This document shows positions 34,501 through 42,878 of a DNA stretch of 64,000 bases, piece after piece; the stretch's first letter is position 1; every line of letters starts with the position of its first letter. A model generated the notes under the pieces. That model searched no databases and was not told the origin of the DNA. It saw nothing but the letters and a program-made list of their open reading frames with translations. Where the stretch lies: assembly GCA_021325455.1 (NCBI GenBank), contig JAJPHD010000026.1, forward strand, positions 334,722-398,721, given 5' to 3'. The stretch is from Actinomycetota bacterium. GTDB lineage: Bacteria > Actinomycetota > Acidimicrobiia > Acidimicrobiales > JAJPHD01. The position numbers and the translations under genes were made by a program.

Positions 34501-35455
34501 CCGGGTCGGCGGCCTGGTACTCCGCCGGGTAGGCGATGGCCCCCACCCCGACTATCACCCCCTGGCCGGGCATAAGACGGGGGATGGAGTGGACGGTCCC
34601 GATGGTGCCCGGGTTGGTGAGGGTGAGGGTGGCCCCACTGAAGTCGTCAGGGGCGATCTTGTTGGTGTGGACCTTGCGTACCAGCTCCTCGTAGGCCAGC
34701 ACGAAGCTGCGGAAGTCCAAGGTGTCGGCGCTCTTCACCACCGGTACCAGCAGGGTTCTCGACCCGTCGGGCTTCTCGACGTCCACCGCCAGGCCCAGGC
34801 CCACGTGCTCGGGCTGGGCCACCCCGGGCGTCCCCTTGCCGTCGACGTCCTCCACGAAATGCCGGTTCATGGCCGGCACCACCCGCACCGCCTGGACCAC
34901 TGCGTAGCCGATGATGTGGGTGAAGCTGACCTTGCCCCCGTGCGTACGGGCCAGGTGGTTGTTGAGGATGGTGCGGTTGACCTCCAGCAGCTTGGTGGGC
35001 ACCGGCCTGACGCTGGTGGCGGTGGGGATGGCCAGGCTGGCCTGCATGTTGGCCGCGATGCGGGCCGGCGCCCCCCGCAGCGGCTTCGCATCCCCGTCGA
35101 GATGCTGCTCCTTGCCCGCAGCCGTCCCCGGTCCGCTCGCCTCCTTCCCCGGCCGGCCCGGCGCTCCCTCCGGCTCCTTGCCGTCACGGATGGCCGGCGA
35201 GCCCAGTGCCGCCCCGTCCTCCGAGGGGCTGGGCGGGGGCTGAGGGGCGGAAGGCTGGGGAGAGGGCGGGTCACCGGTGGGCACCGGGCGTCCCTCGACG
35301 TCGATGACAGGGCGGGAGCCGGGGCCCGCCACTCCCCTGCCCGGCTGGTAGTCGGCGAAGAACTCCTGCCAGCTCTCGCTCACTGAGCCAGGGTCCTGGC
35401 GGTACTGCTCGTACATGTCATCCACGAGCCAGGCGTTGGGGCCGAATGCCCCCAT
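31568..35455 (-). CDS. kgd: multifunctional 2-oxoglutarate decarboxylase/dehydrogenase E1o with fused E2-like acyltransferase domain (Kgd/OdhA type)
   Basis: Start re-set to ATG 35455 (MGAFGPNAWLVDDMYEQYRQDPGSVSESWQEFF). E2-like catalytic domain (TSTYDHRVIQGAESG), then the E1o TPP domain (HGDAAFAGQGVV, CYRRYGHNEGDEP). Confidence 0.93.
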   Translation of the reverse strand: MGAFGPNAWLVDDMYEQYRQDPGSVSESWQEFFADYQPGRGVAGPGSRPVIDVEGRPVPTGDPPSPQPSAPQPPPSPSEDGAALGSPAIRDGKEPEGAPGRPGKEASGPGTAAGKEQHLDGDAKPLRGAPARIAANMQASLAIPTATSVRPVPTKLLEVNRTILNNHLARTHGGKVSFTHIIGYAVVQAVRVVPAMNRHFVEDVDGKGTPGVAQPEHVGLGLAVDVEKPDGSRTLLVPVVKSADTLDFRSFVLAYEELVRKVHTNKIAPDDFSGATLTLTNPGTIGTVHSIPRLMPGQGVIVGVGAIAYPAEYQAADPARLAEMGVGKVATLTSTYDHRVIQGAESGLFLARVHELLLGADGFYHEIFGAMGVPYEPVRWLPDTNPAVDGERARALKQVHVQTLINMYRVRGHLIADLDPLAALPPRMHPELDPATYGLTLWDLGRSFLTDGLAGHDELPLSEILGILRDAYCRTVGVEYMHIQEPAEKRWIQEHVEGVDTTLPPDEQRHILGRLNAAEAFERFLQTKYIGQKRFGLEGGESAIPILDTILDLAASDGLAEAVLGMAHRGRLNVLANIVGKSYGEIFNEFEGHIDPDTVQGSGDVKYHKGASGKFVGRSGSDIPVTLASNPSHLEAVDPVVEGMARAKQDLLDRGTEFPVLPVLIHGDAAFAGQGVVAETLNLSGLRGYRTGGTVHLVIDNQLGFTTTPEEGRTSVYASDVAKMVQAPIFHVNGDDPEACVRVAKLAYGFRQRFHRDVVIHMVCYRRYGHNEGDEPSYTQPQMYERIDRHRSVRKLYTERLVHRGDLTLEEAEQALEDFSARLQTALEQTRSSAPPKPDTVPPPPPVEVVSAPPTGVERSVLDRISRAVHNVPEGFTLHPKLEKQMAGRAKVYAGGEVDWALAEALAFGSLLLEGVDVRLAGQDSRRGTFSQRHAAYVDYRTGEEWVPLAHLAPEGGWLNGASGGGATRGTGAAPAAGPLAPDEGDRPAAAPEERQGRFLIYDSLLSEFAALGFEYGYSVVRPDALVAWEAQFGDFANGAQTIIDEFIVAAEDKWDQRSGLVLLLPHSYEGQGPDHSSARVERFLTLAAGGNIRVVNASTAAQYFHLLRAQVHRRDRLVPLVVLTPKSLLRSRHSRSRVEDLVEGSFREVLDDPATSDGGPIDPLSVGRVVLCSGKVSYEVMARRDQLLKEGKGPVTAVARVEQLYPWPEDHIAGLLARYERAEEVVWVQEEPENQGPWGFVHGRLHRILRNDFRLGHVSRAEAGSPATGSSAVHQLETEDLLQRAFAPLAVPVD

Positions 35456-35525
35456 GGCGGACGGTTCCGGGGATCGGCGCGGCATCACCTCCAATCCTAC
35501 GGTCTCGCCGTCTACGGTCGGAGGG

Positions 35526-37208
35526 GTGCCGGCCCAGTTCATCTTCACCATGCAGCACCTGTCCCGGGTCCACCCTCCAGACCGCCAGGTCCTGCGGGAC
35601 ATCTCCCTGGCCTTCTACCCGGGGGCCAAGATAGGCGTGCTGGGGCCCAACGGGGCGGGCAAGTCCTCGCTGCTGCGGATCATGGCCGGGGAGGACGACG
35701 GCTACACGGGCCAGGCCCGGCTGACGCCGGGCTTCACGGTGGGCTACCTGCCCCAGGAGCCCGTCCTGGACGAGGGCAAGGACGTGCTGGCCACCGTGGA
35801 CGAGGGCGTGGCGGGAACCCGCGCCCTGCTGCAACGGTTCGACGACATAGGGGCCCGGCTGGGTGAGGCCGGGCCCGAGGAGATGGAGAAGCTGCTGGAG
35901 GAGTACGGGGCGCTGCAGGACCGTATCGAAGCCGCCTCGGCCTGGGACCTCGACCGCTCGATCGAGGTCGCCATGGACGCCCTCCGCCTACCCCCACCCG
36001 AGGCCCAGGTGGCCACCCTGTCCGGGGGGGAGCGGCGCCGGGTGGCGCTGTGCAGGACCCTCCTCGCCCGTCCCGACCTGCTCCTCCTGGACGAGCCCAC
36101 CAACCATCTCGACGCCGAGTCCGTGGCCTGGCTGGAGCGCTTCCTCTCCGACTACCCGGGCACGGTCGTGGCCGTCACCCACGACCGCTACTTCCTGGAC
36201 AACGTGGCCGGGTGGATCCTGGAGCTGGACCGGGGCGCCGGGATCCCCTTCGAGGGCAACTACTCGTCATGGCTGGAGCAGCGCCACGCCCGCCTGGCCG
36301 CCGAGGACAAGGCCCAGTCGGCCCGGGCCCGCACCCTGGCGCGCGAGCTGGAGTGGATCCGCCTCTCCCCCCGGGCCCGCCAGGCCAAGGGCAAAGCCCG
36401 GCTCAGGGCCTACCAGTCCCTCCTCGCCGAGGCAGAGTCGGCCCCCGGGCGGCCCGACCGCCTGGAGATCTCCATACCTCCCGGGCCCCGCCTGGGTGAC
36501 GTGGTGGTGGAGGCCGAGGGCATCACCAAGGGCTACGGAGACCGCCTCCTCATCGACGGCCTGTCCTTCTCGCTGCCTCCGGGGGGCATAGTGGGGGTGA
36601 TCGGGCCCAACGGCGCCGGCAAGACGACGCTCTTGCGCATGATCACGGGCGAGGAGGCCCCCGACGCCGGCACGCTGCGGGTGGGGCCGACCGTCCGTCT
36701 GGGGTACGTGGACCAGTCCCGCTCCGACCTGGTCCCGGACCGGACCATCTATGAGGAGATCACCGGCGGGGAGGACCCGATCGTGGTGGGCGGCCGGCAG
36801 CTGCCCGGGCGGGCCTACGTGGCCAGTTTCGGGTTCAGGGGTCCCGACCAGCAGAAGCGGATCGGGGAGTGCTCGGGGGGAGAGCGCCACCGGGCCCAGC
36901 TGGCCAAGGTCCTGCGCTCGGGGGCCAACGTCCTGCTGCTGGACGAGCCCACCAACGACCTCGACGTGGACACCCTGCGGGCCCTGGAGGAGGCCCTGGC
37001 CGAGTTCCCCGGCTGCGCCGTGGTGGCCAGCCACGACCGCTGGTTCCTGGACCGGGTGGCAACCCATGTGCTGGCCTTCGAGGGGGACTCCGAGGTCCGC
37101 TGGTTCGAGGGGAACTTCAGCGACTACGAGGCTGAGAGGCGGCGCCGGCTGGGTGCCGAGGCCGACCGGCCCCACCGCATCCGCTACAAGCCCCTGGTGC
37201 GCAGCTGA
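35526..37208 (+). CDS. ettA: energy-dependent translational throttle protein EttA (ABC-F ATPase)
   Basis: Start re-set to GTG 35526 (VPAQFIFTMQHLSRV, compared with E. coli MAQFVYTMHRV). Two ABC cassettes (GPNGAGKSS/LSGGERRR; GPNGAGKTT/CSGGERHR). GGAGGG SD. Confidence 0.93.
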   Translation: MPAQFIFTMQHLSRVHPPDRQVLRDISLAFYPGAKIGVLGPNGAGKSSLLRIMAGEDDGYTGQARLTPGFTVGYLPQEPVLDEGKDVLATVDEGVAGTRALLQRFDDIGARLGEAGPEEMEKLLEEYGALQDRIEAASAWDLDRSIEVAMDALRLPPPEAQVATLSGGERRRVALCRTLLARPDLLLLDEPTNHLDAESVAWLERFLSDYPGTVVAVTHDRYFLDNVAGWILELDRGAGIPFEGNYSSWLEQRHARLAAEDKAQSARARTLARELEWIRLSPRARQAKGKARLRAYQSLLAEAESAPGRPDRLEISIPPGPRLGDVVVEAEGITKGYGDRLLIDGLSFSLPPGGIVGVIGPNGAGKTTLLRMITGEEAPDAGTLRVGPTVRLGYVDQSRSDLVPDRTIYEEITGGEDPIVVGGRQLPGRAYVASFGFRGPDQQKRIGECSGGERHRAQLAKVLRSGANVLLLDEPTNDLDVDTLRALEEALAEFPGCAVVASHDRWFLDRVATHVLAFEGDSEVRWFEGNFSDYEAERRRRLGAEADRPHRIRYKPLVRS

Positions 37209-37270
37209 CCTCAGGGGGCAGAGGGGAAGGCAGTGGAGATGCGGTGCCATTTCGAGCATGCTCTAGGTCC

Positions 37271-37483
37271 ATGGCAGAGAGCCGGGCCGTGCTTCGCCTC
37301 GTCGAGCCCGGCACCAGCGCCGAGTGCGCCCACTGCGGCCGGCCGGTGAAGTTCCAGGCTCGCGTCCAGGCCCGCCAGGTCATCGCCAACGTGTACGAGG
37401 CGGGCGTGTGGGCCCGGGTGGAGCACTACCACGCCGAGTGCTACGAGACCGCCGGCCAGCCCTACGGGCCCCCGGGCCCCTGA
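37271..37483 (+). CDS. small conserved-looking hypothetical protein (CxxC ... HxxC)
   Basis: About 70 aa from ATG 37271. ECAHCGRPVKFQARVQARQVIANVYEAGVWARVEHYHAECYE. High GC3. No family recognised. Confidence 0.45.
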   Translation: MAESRAVLRLVEPGTSAECAHCGRPVKFQARVQARQVIANVYEAGVWARVEHYHAECYETAGQPYGPPGP

Positions 37484-37506
37484 TCGCCCCGTAGTCTGGG
37501 GAGGCC

Positions 37507-37854
37507 GTGCGAACCCGAGTGACCCGCACCTTCTCCTTCGAGGCGGCCCACCAGCTCCCCTGGCACCCGGGCCGGTGCCGGCGCCTGCACGGGCACCACT
37601 ACCGCCTGGAGGTGACCGTGGAGGGTCCGGTGGGCCCCAACGGCGTGGTGGTCGACTTCGCCGACGTGGCTGCCGTGGCCGAGCGCGAGGTGGTGGGCCC
37701 CTTCGACCACAGCTACCTAAACGACGTCATGGGCAACCCCACGGCCGAGCTCATCGCCGCCGAAGCCTGGAAGCGGCTGGAAGCTGCGGGGCTGGCCGTC
37801 GTGGCCCTCCGGCTGTGGGAGACCGCCGAGTCCTGCGTGGAGCTGCTGGCGTGA
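37507..37854 (+). CDS. queD: 6-carboxy-5,6,7,8-tetrahydropterin synthase QueD
   Basis: 115 aa. FSFEAAHQLP...C..LHGHHYRLEV = PTPS/QueD zinc and catalytic motif. Confidence 0.9.
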   Translation: MRTRVTRTFSFEAAHQLPWHPGRCRRLHGHHYRLEVTVEGPVGPNGVVVDFADVAAVAEREVVGPFDHSYLNDVMGNPTAELIAAEAWKRLEAAGLAVVALRLWETAESCVELLA

Positions 37855-38522
37855 GCCCTCCCCCGGTCTCGGACGTCGTCGTGCTCTCCGGCGGGCTGGA
37901 CTCGACGGTGTGCCTGGCCCTGGCCGCCAGGGAGGCAGGCCGGCCCGCCCTGGCGCTCACCTTCGACTACGGGCAGCGGCACCGGGTCGAGCTGGAGAGG
38001 GCCGCGGCCGTGGCCCGGGAGGCGGGCGCCGAGCAGCTGGTCGTGCGCCTCAATGCCGAGGCCTGGGGAGGGTCGGCCCTCACCGACCCGGCCATCGAGG
38101 TCCCCAGCGGAGGGGGCGAGGGCCTGCCTGCCACCTATGTCCCGGGCCGGAACATCATCTTCCTGGCCGTGGCCCTGGGGGTAGCCGAGGCCAAGGGGGC
38201 CGACAGGGTCTGGATAGGGGTCAACGCCCTCGACTACAGCGGCTACCCGGACTGCCGGCCCCCGCTCATCAAGGCCATGCGCCACGTGGCCAGGGTCGGC
38301 CAGCAGCGGGGGGTGGAGGGCAGGCCGGTCGAGATCAGGGCCCCCCTGCAGCACCTGTCGAAGGCGGACATCGTGCGCCTGGGCCTCGAGGTGGGGGCTC
38401 CCCTCAGGCTCACCTGGTCCTGCTACCGGGGAGGGCCGGCTCCCTGCGGGAGCTGCGACGCCTGCCTCCTGCGGGCCAAGGGCTTCGCCGAGGCGGGCGC
38501 TCCCGATCCCTCCCTCGAGTGA
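37851..38522 (+). CDS. queC: 7-cyano-7-deazaguanine synthase QueC
   Basis: Real part of track ORF 37575..38522. GTG 37851 overlaps the queD stop (GTGA). PP-loop VLSGGLDSTV, YVPGRN, C-terminal Zn cluster CYRG...CGSCDAC. Confidence 0.9.
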   Translation: MSPPPVSDVVVLSGGLDSTVCLALAAREAGRPALALTFDYGQRHRVELERAAAVAREAGAEQLVVRLNAEAWGGSALTDPAIEVPSGGGEGLPATYVPGRNIIFLAVALGVAEAKGADRVWIGVNALDYSGYPDCRPPLIKAMRHVARVGQQRGVEGRPVEIRAPLQHLSKADIVRLGLEVGAPLRLTWSCYRGGPAPCGSCDACLLRAKGFAEAGAPDPSLE

Positions 38523-39280
38523 CGGTGGGCGACGAGCTGTTCGTGACCGAGGTCTTCTCCGCCATCCAGGGCGAGGGAGCCCTGGTGGGCGAGAGGCAGG
38601 TCTTCGTCCGCCTGGCGGGTTGCAACATCCGCTGTGGCTACTGCGACCAGCCCGAGGCCCTGGAGCGCCGGCCCGGGCCCTGCCGCCTCGAGCGCACGGC
38701 AGGCAGGCGGGACTGGGAGGTCAGGTCGAGCCCCTTGCCCATCGCCGACCTGACCCGTGACCTCGACCGCCTCTGGGACCAGTTGCCCCACCACTCGGTG
38801 AGCCTCACCGGCGGGGAGCCGCTCATGCAGTCGAGGCGGCTGGCCGCTTTCCTCCCCCGGTGGGCCCGGGAAGGCCGGCCGGTGATGGTGGAGACCAACG
38901 GGACCCTCCCCGCCGCCCTGGCTCGCCTGCTGCCGTGGGTCCAGCTGGTGAGCATGGACCTCAAGCTCTCGAGCGTCGACGGGGAGGCGGTCGACCCGGC
39001 CCTGCAGCGCCGCTTCCTGGAGGTGGCCCGCCAGCGCCGGGTCTGGGCCAAGATCGTGGTGGGGCCCGACACCGACGAGGGCGAGCTGGCCGGGGCCGTG
39101 GCCATGGTGCACGAGGTGGCCCCGGCGGCAGAGGTGTACCTGCAGCCGGTGACGCCTTGTGGGAGCGTCGCCGCTGCCCCGTCGCCGGACCAGGTGCTCG
39201 GCTGGCAGGCCCTGGCCCTCCGTCTGCACCCCCGGGTGCGGGTGGTTCCCCAGACCCACAAGCTGATCGGGCAACTGTAA
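38519..39280 (+). CDS. queE: 7-carboxy-7-deazaguanine synthase QueE (radical SAM)
   Basis: Real part of track ORF 37910..39280. GTG 38519 overlaps the queC stop (GTGA). FSAIQGEG...VFVRLAGCNIRCGYCD = QueE CxxxCxxC cluster. Confidence 0.9.
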   Translation: MTVGDELFVTEVFSAIQGEGALVGERQVFVRLAGCNIRCGYCDQPEALERRPGPCRLERTAGRRDWEVRSSPLPIADLTRDLDRLWDQLPHHSVSLTGGEPLMQSRRLAAFLPRWAREGRPVMVETNGTLPAALARLLPWVQLVSMDLKLSSVDGEAVDPALQRRFLEVARQRRVWAKIVVGPDTDEGELAGAVAMVHEVAPAAEVYLQPVTPCGSVAAAPSPDQVLGWQALALRLHPRVRVVPQTHKLIGQL

Positions 39281-39284
39281 GGCA

Positions 39285-39313
39285 GGGGGCCGCCTCACCT
39301 GGGCGGGGCCCCT
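39285..39313 (+). terminator. GC-rich imperfect hairpin just after the queE stop (possible intrinsic terminator)
   Basis: GGGGGCCGCC-7-nt loop (TCACCTG)-GGCGG(GG)GCCCC(T): 9-10 bp with a GG bulge, followed by TTACCTAAC. There is no real U-tract, so it is weak. Confidence 0.3.
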
Positions 39314-39330
39314 TACCTAACATCTCGTAG

Positions 39331-39555
39331 GTGGCCAGCCGCCGCCTGACCCGGCCCTACCTGGTCCCCGTGGGCCTGTTGGCCCTGGTGATGGCCGGGG
39401 CCGGTGTGGCCATGTTCTCGGAGTTCGGCCTCAACGCCTGGGCCTCGGCGAGCCAGCTCGGGGACTGGGTCCAGCACGGGGTGATCTTCTGGGGCGGGAT
39501 GGCGGTGGGAGTGGGCGTGGCCGGCCTCTGGCAGGCCGGCCGGCGCAGGCGCTAG
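39331..39555 (+). CDS. hypothetical small 2-TM membrane protein
   Basis: 74 aa with two hydrophobic helices and high GC3. TAACAT (TANNNT) lies 7 nt upstream of the GTG, which would fit a leaderless transcript. Confidence 0.4.
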   Translation: MASRRLTRPYLVPVGLLALVMAGAGVAMFSEFGLNAWASASQLGDWVQHGVIFWGGMAVGVGVAGLWQAGRRRR

Positions 39556-39568
39556 AGGCCGCCCCGCC

Positions 39569-41170
39569 GTGGCAACCGGACTGGCGCCCACCTGGTCACG
39601 CCTTCGCCCCTCCACCCGGTCCCTGGACCCCGCCGCTCTGGGAGTGGCCCTGGCCGTAGCCCTCGCCCTGGCCTGGGTCACCTCCCTCGCCTACCTGGTG
39701 GTCCGCGGGGGGCTAGCCAGTCCCGTCCGCCTGGCCGTGGTAGACCTCGTCCACCTCTACCTGGGGGTGGCCTTCCTGGCCCTGCTCGCCCTCAAGTCGG
39801 CCCGCGTCGGCTTCCGGTTCAAGGTGGCGGGCGAACCGGAGCCCGCACCCCGCCGCCGGTGGCTGTCGTGGGCCCTGGTGGTGCTGTGGGCAGGTGTGGG
39901 GGCGACGGGTGCGCTCACCCTGGTTCCCTTCCCGGGAGGGCTCCGGGCCGACCTGGTCGACGGCCATCTCATCGCCGCGGTGTGGGCGACGGTGCCCACC
40001 ACCGTGCACCTCGCCACCTATCGCCGGCGGGCCCTCCCCATGGTCACCAGGCCCTGGCGGCCGGGGGGGCGGCGGGTGGCCGGTGGTCTCGGGCTCCTGG
40101 TCCTGCCCCTGGCAGCCGGCCTGGCGCTGGCACCCTCGGCCGGCCCCCGGGCCGTCTCGCCCCTCGCCCAGCAGGGAGCAGGGGCGGCATGGGAGCGTGC
40201 CGGCCCGCGGCCCTTCCTCGACCGCCTGGCCGTGACCCGGGGCGGCTCCACGCTGGTGGCCGGGGGGGCAGGGCTGTACCTGTCCCCCGCCGGCCACGTC
40301 GGCCGGGGGTGGGAGAGGGTGGGCCCCTTCGGCGTGCAGAACCTCGTCACGGGCCTGGACCTCCCCCCCCGGGGACAGGTCCGGGCCTGGGTCGGCACCG
40401 TGCTCGGGCTGTGGGCCGCTCACCGACTGCGGGGCCCGTACCACCGGGTCCCCTTGCCGGCCAGCACCGTCCACGCCATAGCCGCCAACCCGGGCCGGCC
40501 CGGCGTGGTCTGGGCCAGCTCCCTGTCAGGGTTCTGGCGGTCGACCGACGGGGGCCGCACCTGGAGACGGGAGGACGCCGGGGTGGGCTCCGCCTCCACC
40601 AGCTGGGCCCTGGCCTGGTTCCGGGGCTCCCTCTATGCCAGCACGGCCCACCATGTCTACCGGTGGGGCGGCCGGCGTTGGGTGGTGAGCTCCGGCCAGT
40701 ACGGGGTGGTCATGCTCGACCCTGCCGGGAGCCGGCTGTTTGCCAGCTCCATGGGCGACGGCATCCGGGTCCTGGAGGGCCGCAGGTGGCAATCGGCCCA
40801 GGCCGGGCTGCAGGTCCACGACCACGGAGCGCTCCGGGGTGTCCACGTGGTGAGCGTCACCGCCTCCCGCCGGGGCCCTGCCTACGCCGGCACGATGGTG
40901 GACGGGATAGCTGTGTCCTTGGACGGCGGCAGGACCTGGGCGCAGACCTGGTCCGGCCTGGCCGCCGAGGGCGTGGTGTGGCGGGTGCTGCGGGTCGGGG
41001 ACCGGCTCCTGGCTGCCACCGACCACGGGCTGTTCGCCTACCGGCTGCCGAGGTCCCGGGGGCCCACCGCCCTGTGGTGGGTGGCGGTGGTGGGGGCGGC
41101 TCTCATGGCCGGGGCCGGCGGCGGTTACCTCGCCGCCGGACGGGGCGCCAGACGACGGGCCACCTGGTAG
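39569..41170 (+). CDS. membrane-anchored BNR/Asp-box repeat beta-propeller protein (Ycf48/sialidase-like fold) with His-containing multi-TM N-terminal domain
   Basis: 533 aa. The N-terminal about 190 aa has 4-5 TM helices with conserved-looking His residues (HLYLG, DGHLIAAVW, VHLATY). The C-terminal part carries Asp-box repeats (WRSTDGGRTWRRE, VSLDGGRTWAQTW). The start is uncertain. Confidence 0.6.
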   Translation: MATGLAPTWSRLRPSTRSLDPAALGVALAVALALAWVTSLAYLVVRGGLASPVRLAVVDLVHLYLGVAFLALLALKSARVGFRFKVAGEPEPAPRRRWLSWALVVLWAGVGATGALTLVPFPGGLRADLVDGHLIAAVWATVPTTVHLATYRRRALPMVTRPWRPGGRRVAGGLGLLVLPLAAGLALAPSAGPRAVSPLAQQGAGAAWERAGPRPFLDRLAVTRGGSTLVAGGAGLYLSPAGHVGRGWERVGPFGVQNLVTGLDLPPRGQVRAWVGTVLGLWAAHRLRGPYHRVPLPASTVHAIAANPGRPGVVWASSLSGFWRSTDGGRTWRREDAGVGSASTSWALAWFRGSLYASTAHHVYRWGGRRWVVSSGQYGVVMLDPAGSRLFASSMGDGIRVLEGRRWQSAQAGLQVHDHGALRGVHVVSVTASRRGPAYAGTMVDGIAVSLDGGRTWAQTWSGLAAEGVVWRVLRVGDRLLAATDHGLFAYRLPRSRGPTALWWVAVVGAALMAGAGGGYLAAGRGARRRATW

Positions 41171-41181
41171 GAAGTCATCCC

Positions 41182-41973
41182 ATGACCACCGCCGCCGCCC
41201 GCCTCCGGGCCACCGAGCGCGCCCCCGGTGAGGGCGGCCGCCTACCCGTCGTGGCCCTGGTGCACGGGTCCATGAGCCGCAGCGCGGTCATGGCGCCCGT
41301 GGCCAGCCGGCTCCCCGACCTCCATGTGATGCTCTACGACCGCCGGGGCTACCACCGGTCACGGGAGGCAGGGGTGGCGGCCGGCCTGGGGCAGCACGTG
41401 GACGATCTGCTGCGTCTCCTGGAGGGGCGGCCGGCCGTGGCCGTGGGGCACAGCTACGGAGGTCTCGTGGCCCTGGCCGCCGCTGCCGGCGCACCAGAGG
41501 TCGTCCGCTCCGCCCTGGCCTACGAGCCTCCGCTCCCCTGGCTGGCCGGATGGCCGGAGGACAGTGCCGGCGGGCTGGCCCTCCGGGCCGCCGAGGAGGC
41601 AGGGGATCCCGGCGCCGGTGCCGAGGCCTTCATGCGCCAGGTGCTCGGCGACGAGGGCTTCGAGCGCCTGCCGGCCGGGGTCAGGGCCGAGAGGCGGCTG
41701 GAGGGGCCGGCCCTGGTGGCAGAGCTGGGGGAGCTCCGCTCTCTGGGCGCCCCCTTCACCCCCGAGAGCATCGAGGTTCCCGTGATCCTGGCCTGCGGGA
41801 CCGAGACCGCCCCCTATCGCCGCCCCGCCCTCGCCAGCCTGGCCCGGTCGATCCCGGGCGCCCGGCTGGAGCTGGTGGAAGGGGCCGGCCACGACGCTCC
41901 CATCACCCACCCGGGGCCCCTCGCCGACCTGGTCCGCCGGGCCGTGGCCCTGGCCGGAGGTGGCCCCCGATGA
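41182..41973 (+). CDS. alpha/beta hydrolase
   Basis: Real part of track ORF 39859..41973; ATG 41182 is in frame. VVALVHGSMS..., nucleophile elbow GHSYGGLVA, C-terminal GAGHDAP. Confidence 0.75.
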   Translation: MTTAAARLRATERAPGEGGRLPVVALVHGSMSRSAVMAPVASRLPDLHVMLYDRRGYHRSREAGVAAGLGQHVDDLLRLLEGRPAVAVGHSYGGLVALAAAAGAPEVVRSALAYEPPLPWLAGWPEDSAGGLALRAAEEAGDPGAGAEAFMRQVLGDEGFERLPAGVRAERRLEGPALVAELGELRSLGAPFTPESIEVPVILACGTETAPYRRPALASLARSIPGARLELVEGAGHDAPITHPGPLADLVRRAVALAGGGPR

Positions 41974-42878
41974 GGGTCCTCGTGAGCGGCTCCCACGGGC
42001 TCATCGGGTCGGCCCTGGTAGAAACCCTCTCCGGGGCCGGCCACGACGTCGTGCGCCTGGTCCGGGGCCAGCCGGGCCCCGGCGAGGCCAGCTGGGACCC
42101 GGCCGCCGGCCGGATCGACCTGGCCCCCCTCGAAGGCCTGGATGCCGCCGTGCACCTGGCCGGGGTGCCACTGGGCGAGCGACGCTGGACCGAGGAGCAA
42201 AAGGCCCGCATCCAGGACAGCCGAGTGGACAGTACCCGCCTGCTGGCCGAGACCCTGGCCCGCCTCGAGCCGGTCCCCGCCGTCCTCGTAAGCGGCTCGG
42301 CCGTGGGCTACTACGGCGACCGGGGGGACGAGGTGCTCGACGAGGGGAGCCCGCCGGGCTCCGGCTTCCTGGCCGGGCTCTGCGCCGCCTGGGAGGGCGC
42401 CACCCTGGCTGCCGAGGAGGCGGGTACCAGGGTCGTCCACCTTCGCACCGGGATCGTGCAGAGCCGGCGGGGTGGTGCCCTGGCCAAGCAGCTCCCGCTG
42501 TTCAGGCTGGGGCTGGGGGGCCGCCTGGGCCATGGCCGCCAGTGGCTGAGCTGGATATCGCTGGCCGACGAGGTGGGGGTCATCATGCACGCCCTGGCGG
42601 ACCCGGGCCTGAGCGGGGCGGTCAACTCCACCTCGCCCCGGCCCGTGACCAACGCCGAGTACACCCGCACCCTGGCCCGGGTCCTCGGCCGGCCCGCCCT
42701 CCTGGCGGTCCCCGCTCCGGCCCTCTCGCTGGCCCTGGGCCAGGAGATGGCGGCCGAGATGGCGCTCGTGAGCCAGCGGGTCCTCCCGAGGAAGCTGGAG
42801 GCCGCCGGATACCCGTTCCGCCACCCTGACCTCGAGGCCGCCCTCCGGGCGGCTCTGTCCGAGGGCGGCCCCGGGTGA
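41970..42878 (+). CDS. TIGR01777/YfcH-type NAD-dependent epimerase-dehydratase family protein (SDR fold + DUF1731-like C-terminus)
   Basis: The ATG at 41970 overlaps the upstream stop (ATGA). MRVLVSGSHGLIGSAL Rossmann motif; ...GGRLGHGRQWLSWISLADEV...NSTSPRPVTNAEY, typical of this family. Confidence 0.85.
   Translation: MRVLVSGSHGLIGSALVETLSGAGHDVVRLVRGQPGPGEASWDPAAGRIDLAPLEGLDAAVHLAGVPLGERRWTEEQKARIQDSRVDSTRLLAETLARLEPVPAVLVSGSAVGYYGDRGDEVLDEGSPPGSGFLAGLCAAWEGATLAAEEAGTRVVHLRTGIVQSRRGGALAKQLPLFRLGLGGRLGHGRQWLSWISLADEVGVIMHALADPGLSGAVNSTSPRPVTNAEYTRTLARVLGRPALLAVPAPALSLALGQEMAAEMALVSQRVLPRKLEAAGYPFRHPDLEAALRAALSEGGPG

Noticed and set aside
37208-37507. A preQ1 riboswitch upstream of the queDCE operon.
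   Set aside because: The short spacers before the small ORF and before queD show no preQ1-I or preQ1-II-like hairpin with an A-rich tail. queD has a plain GGGGAGG SD.
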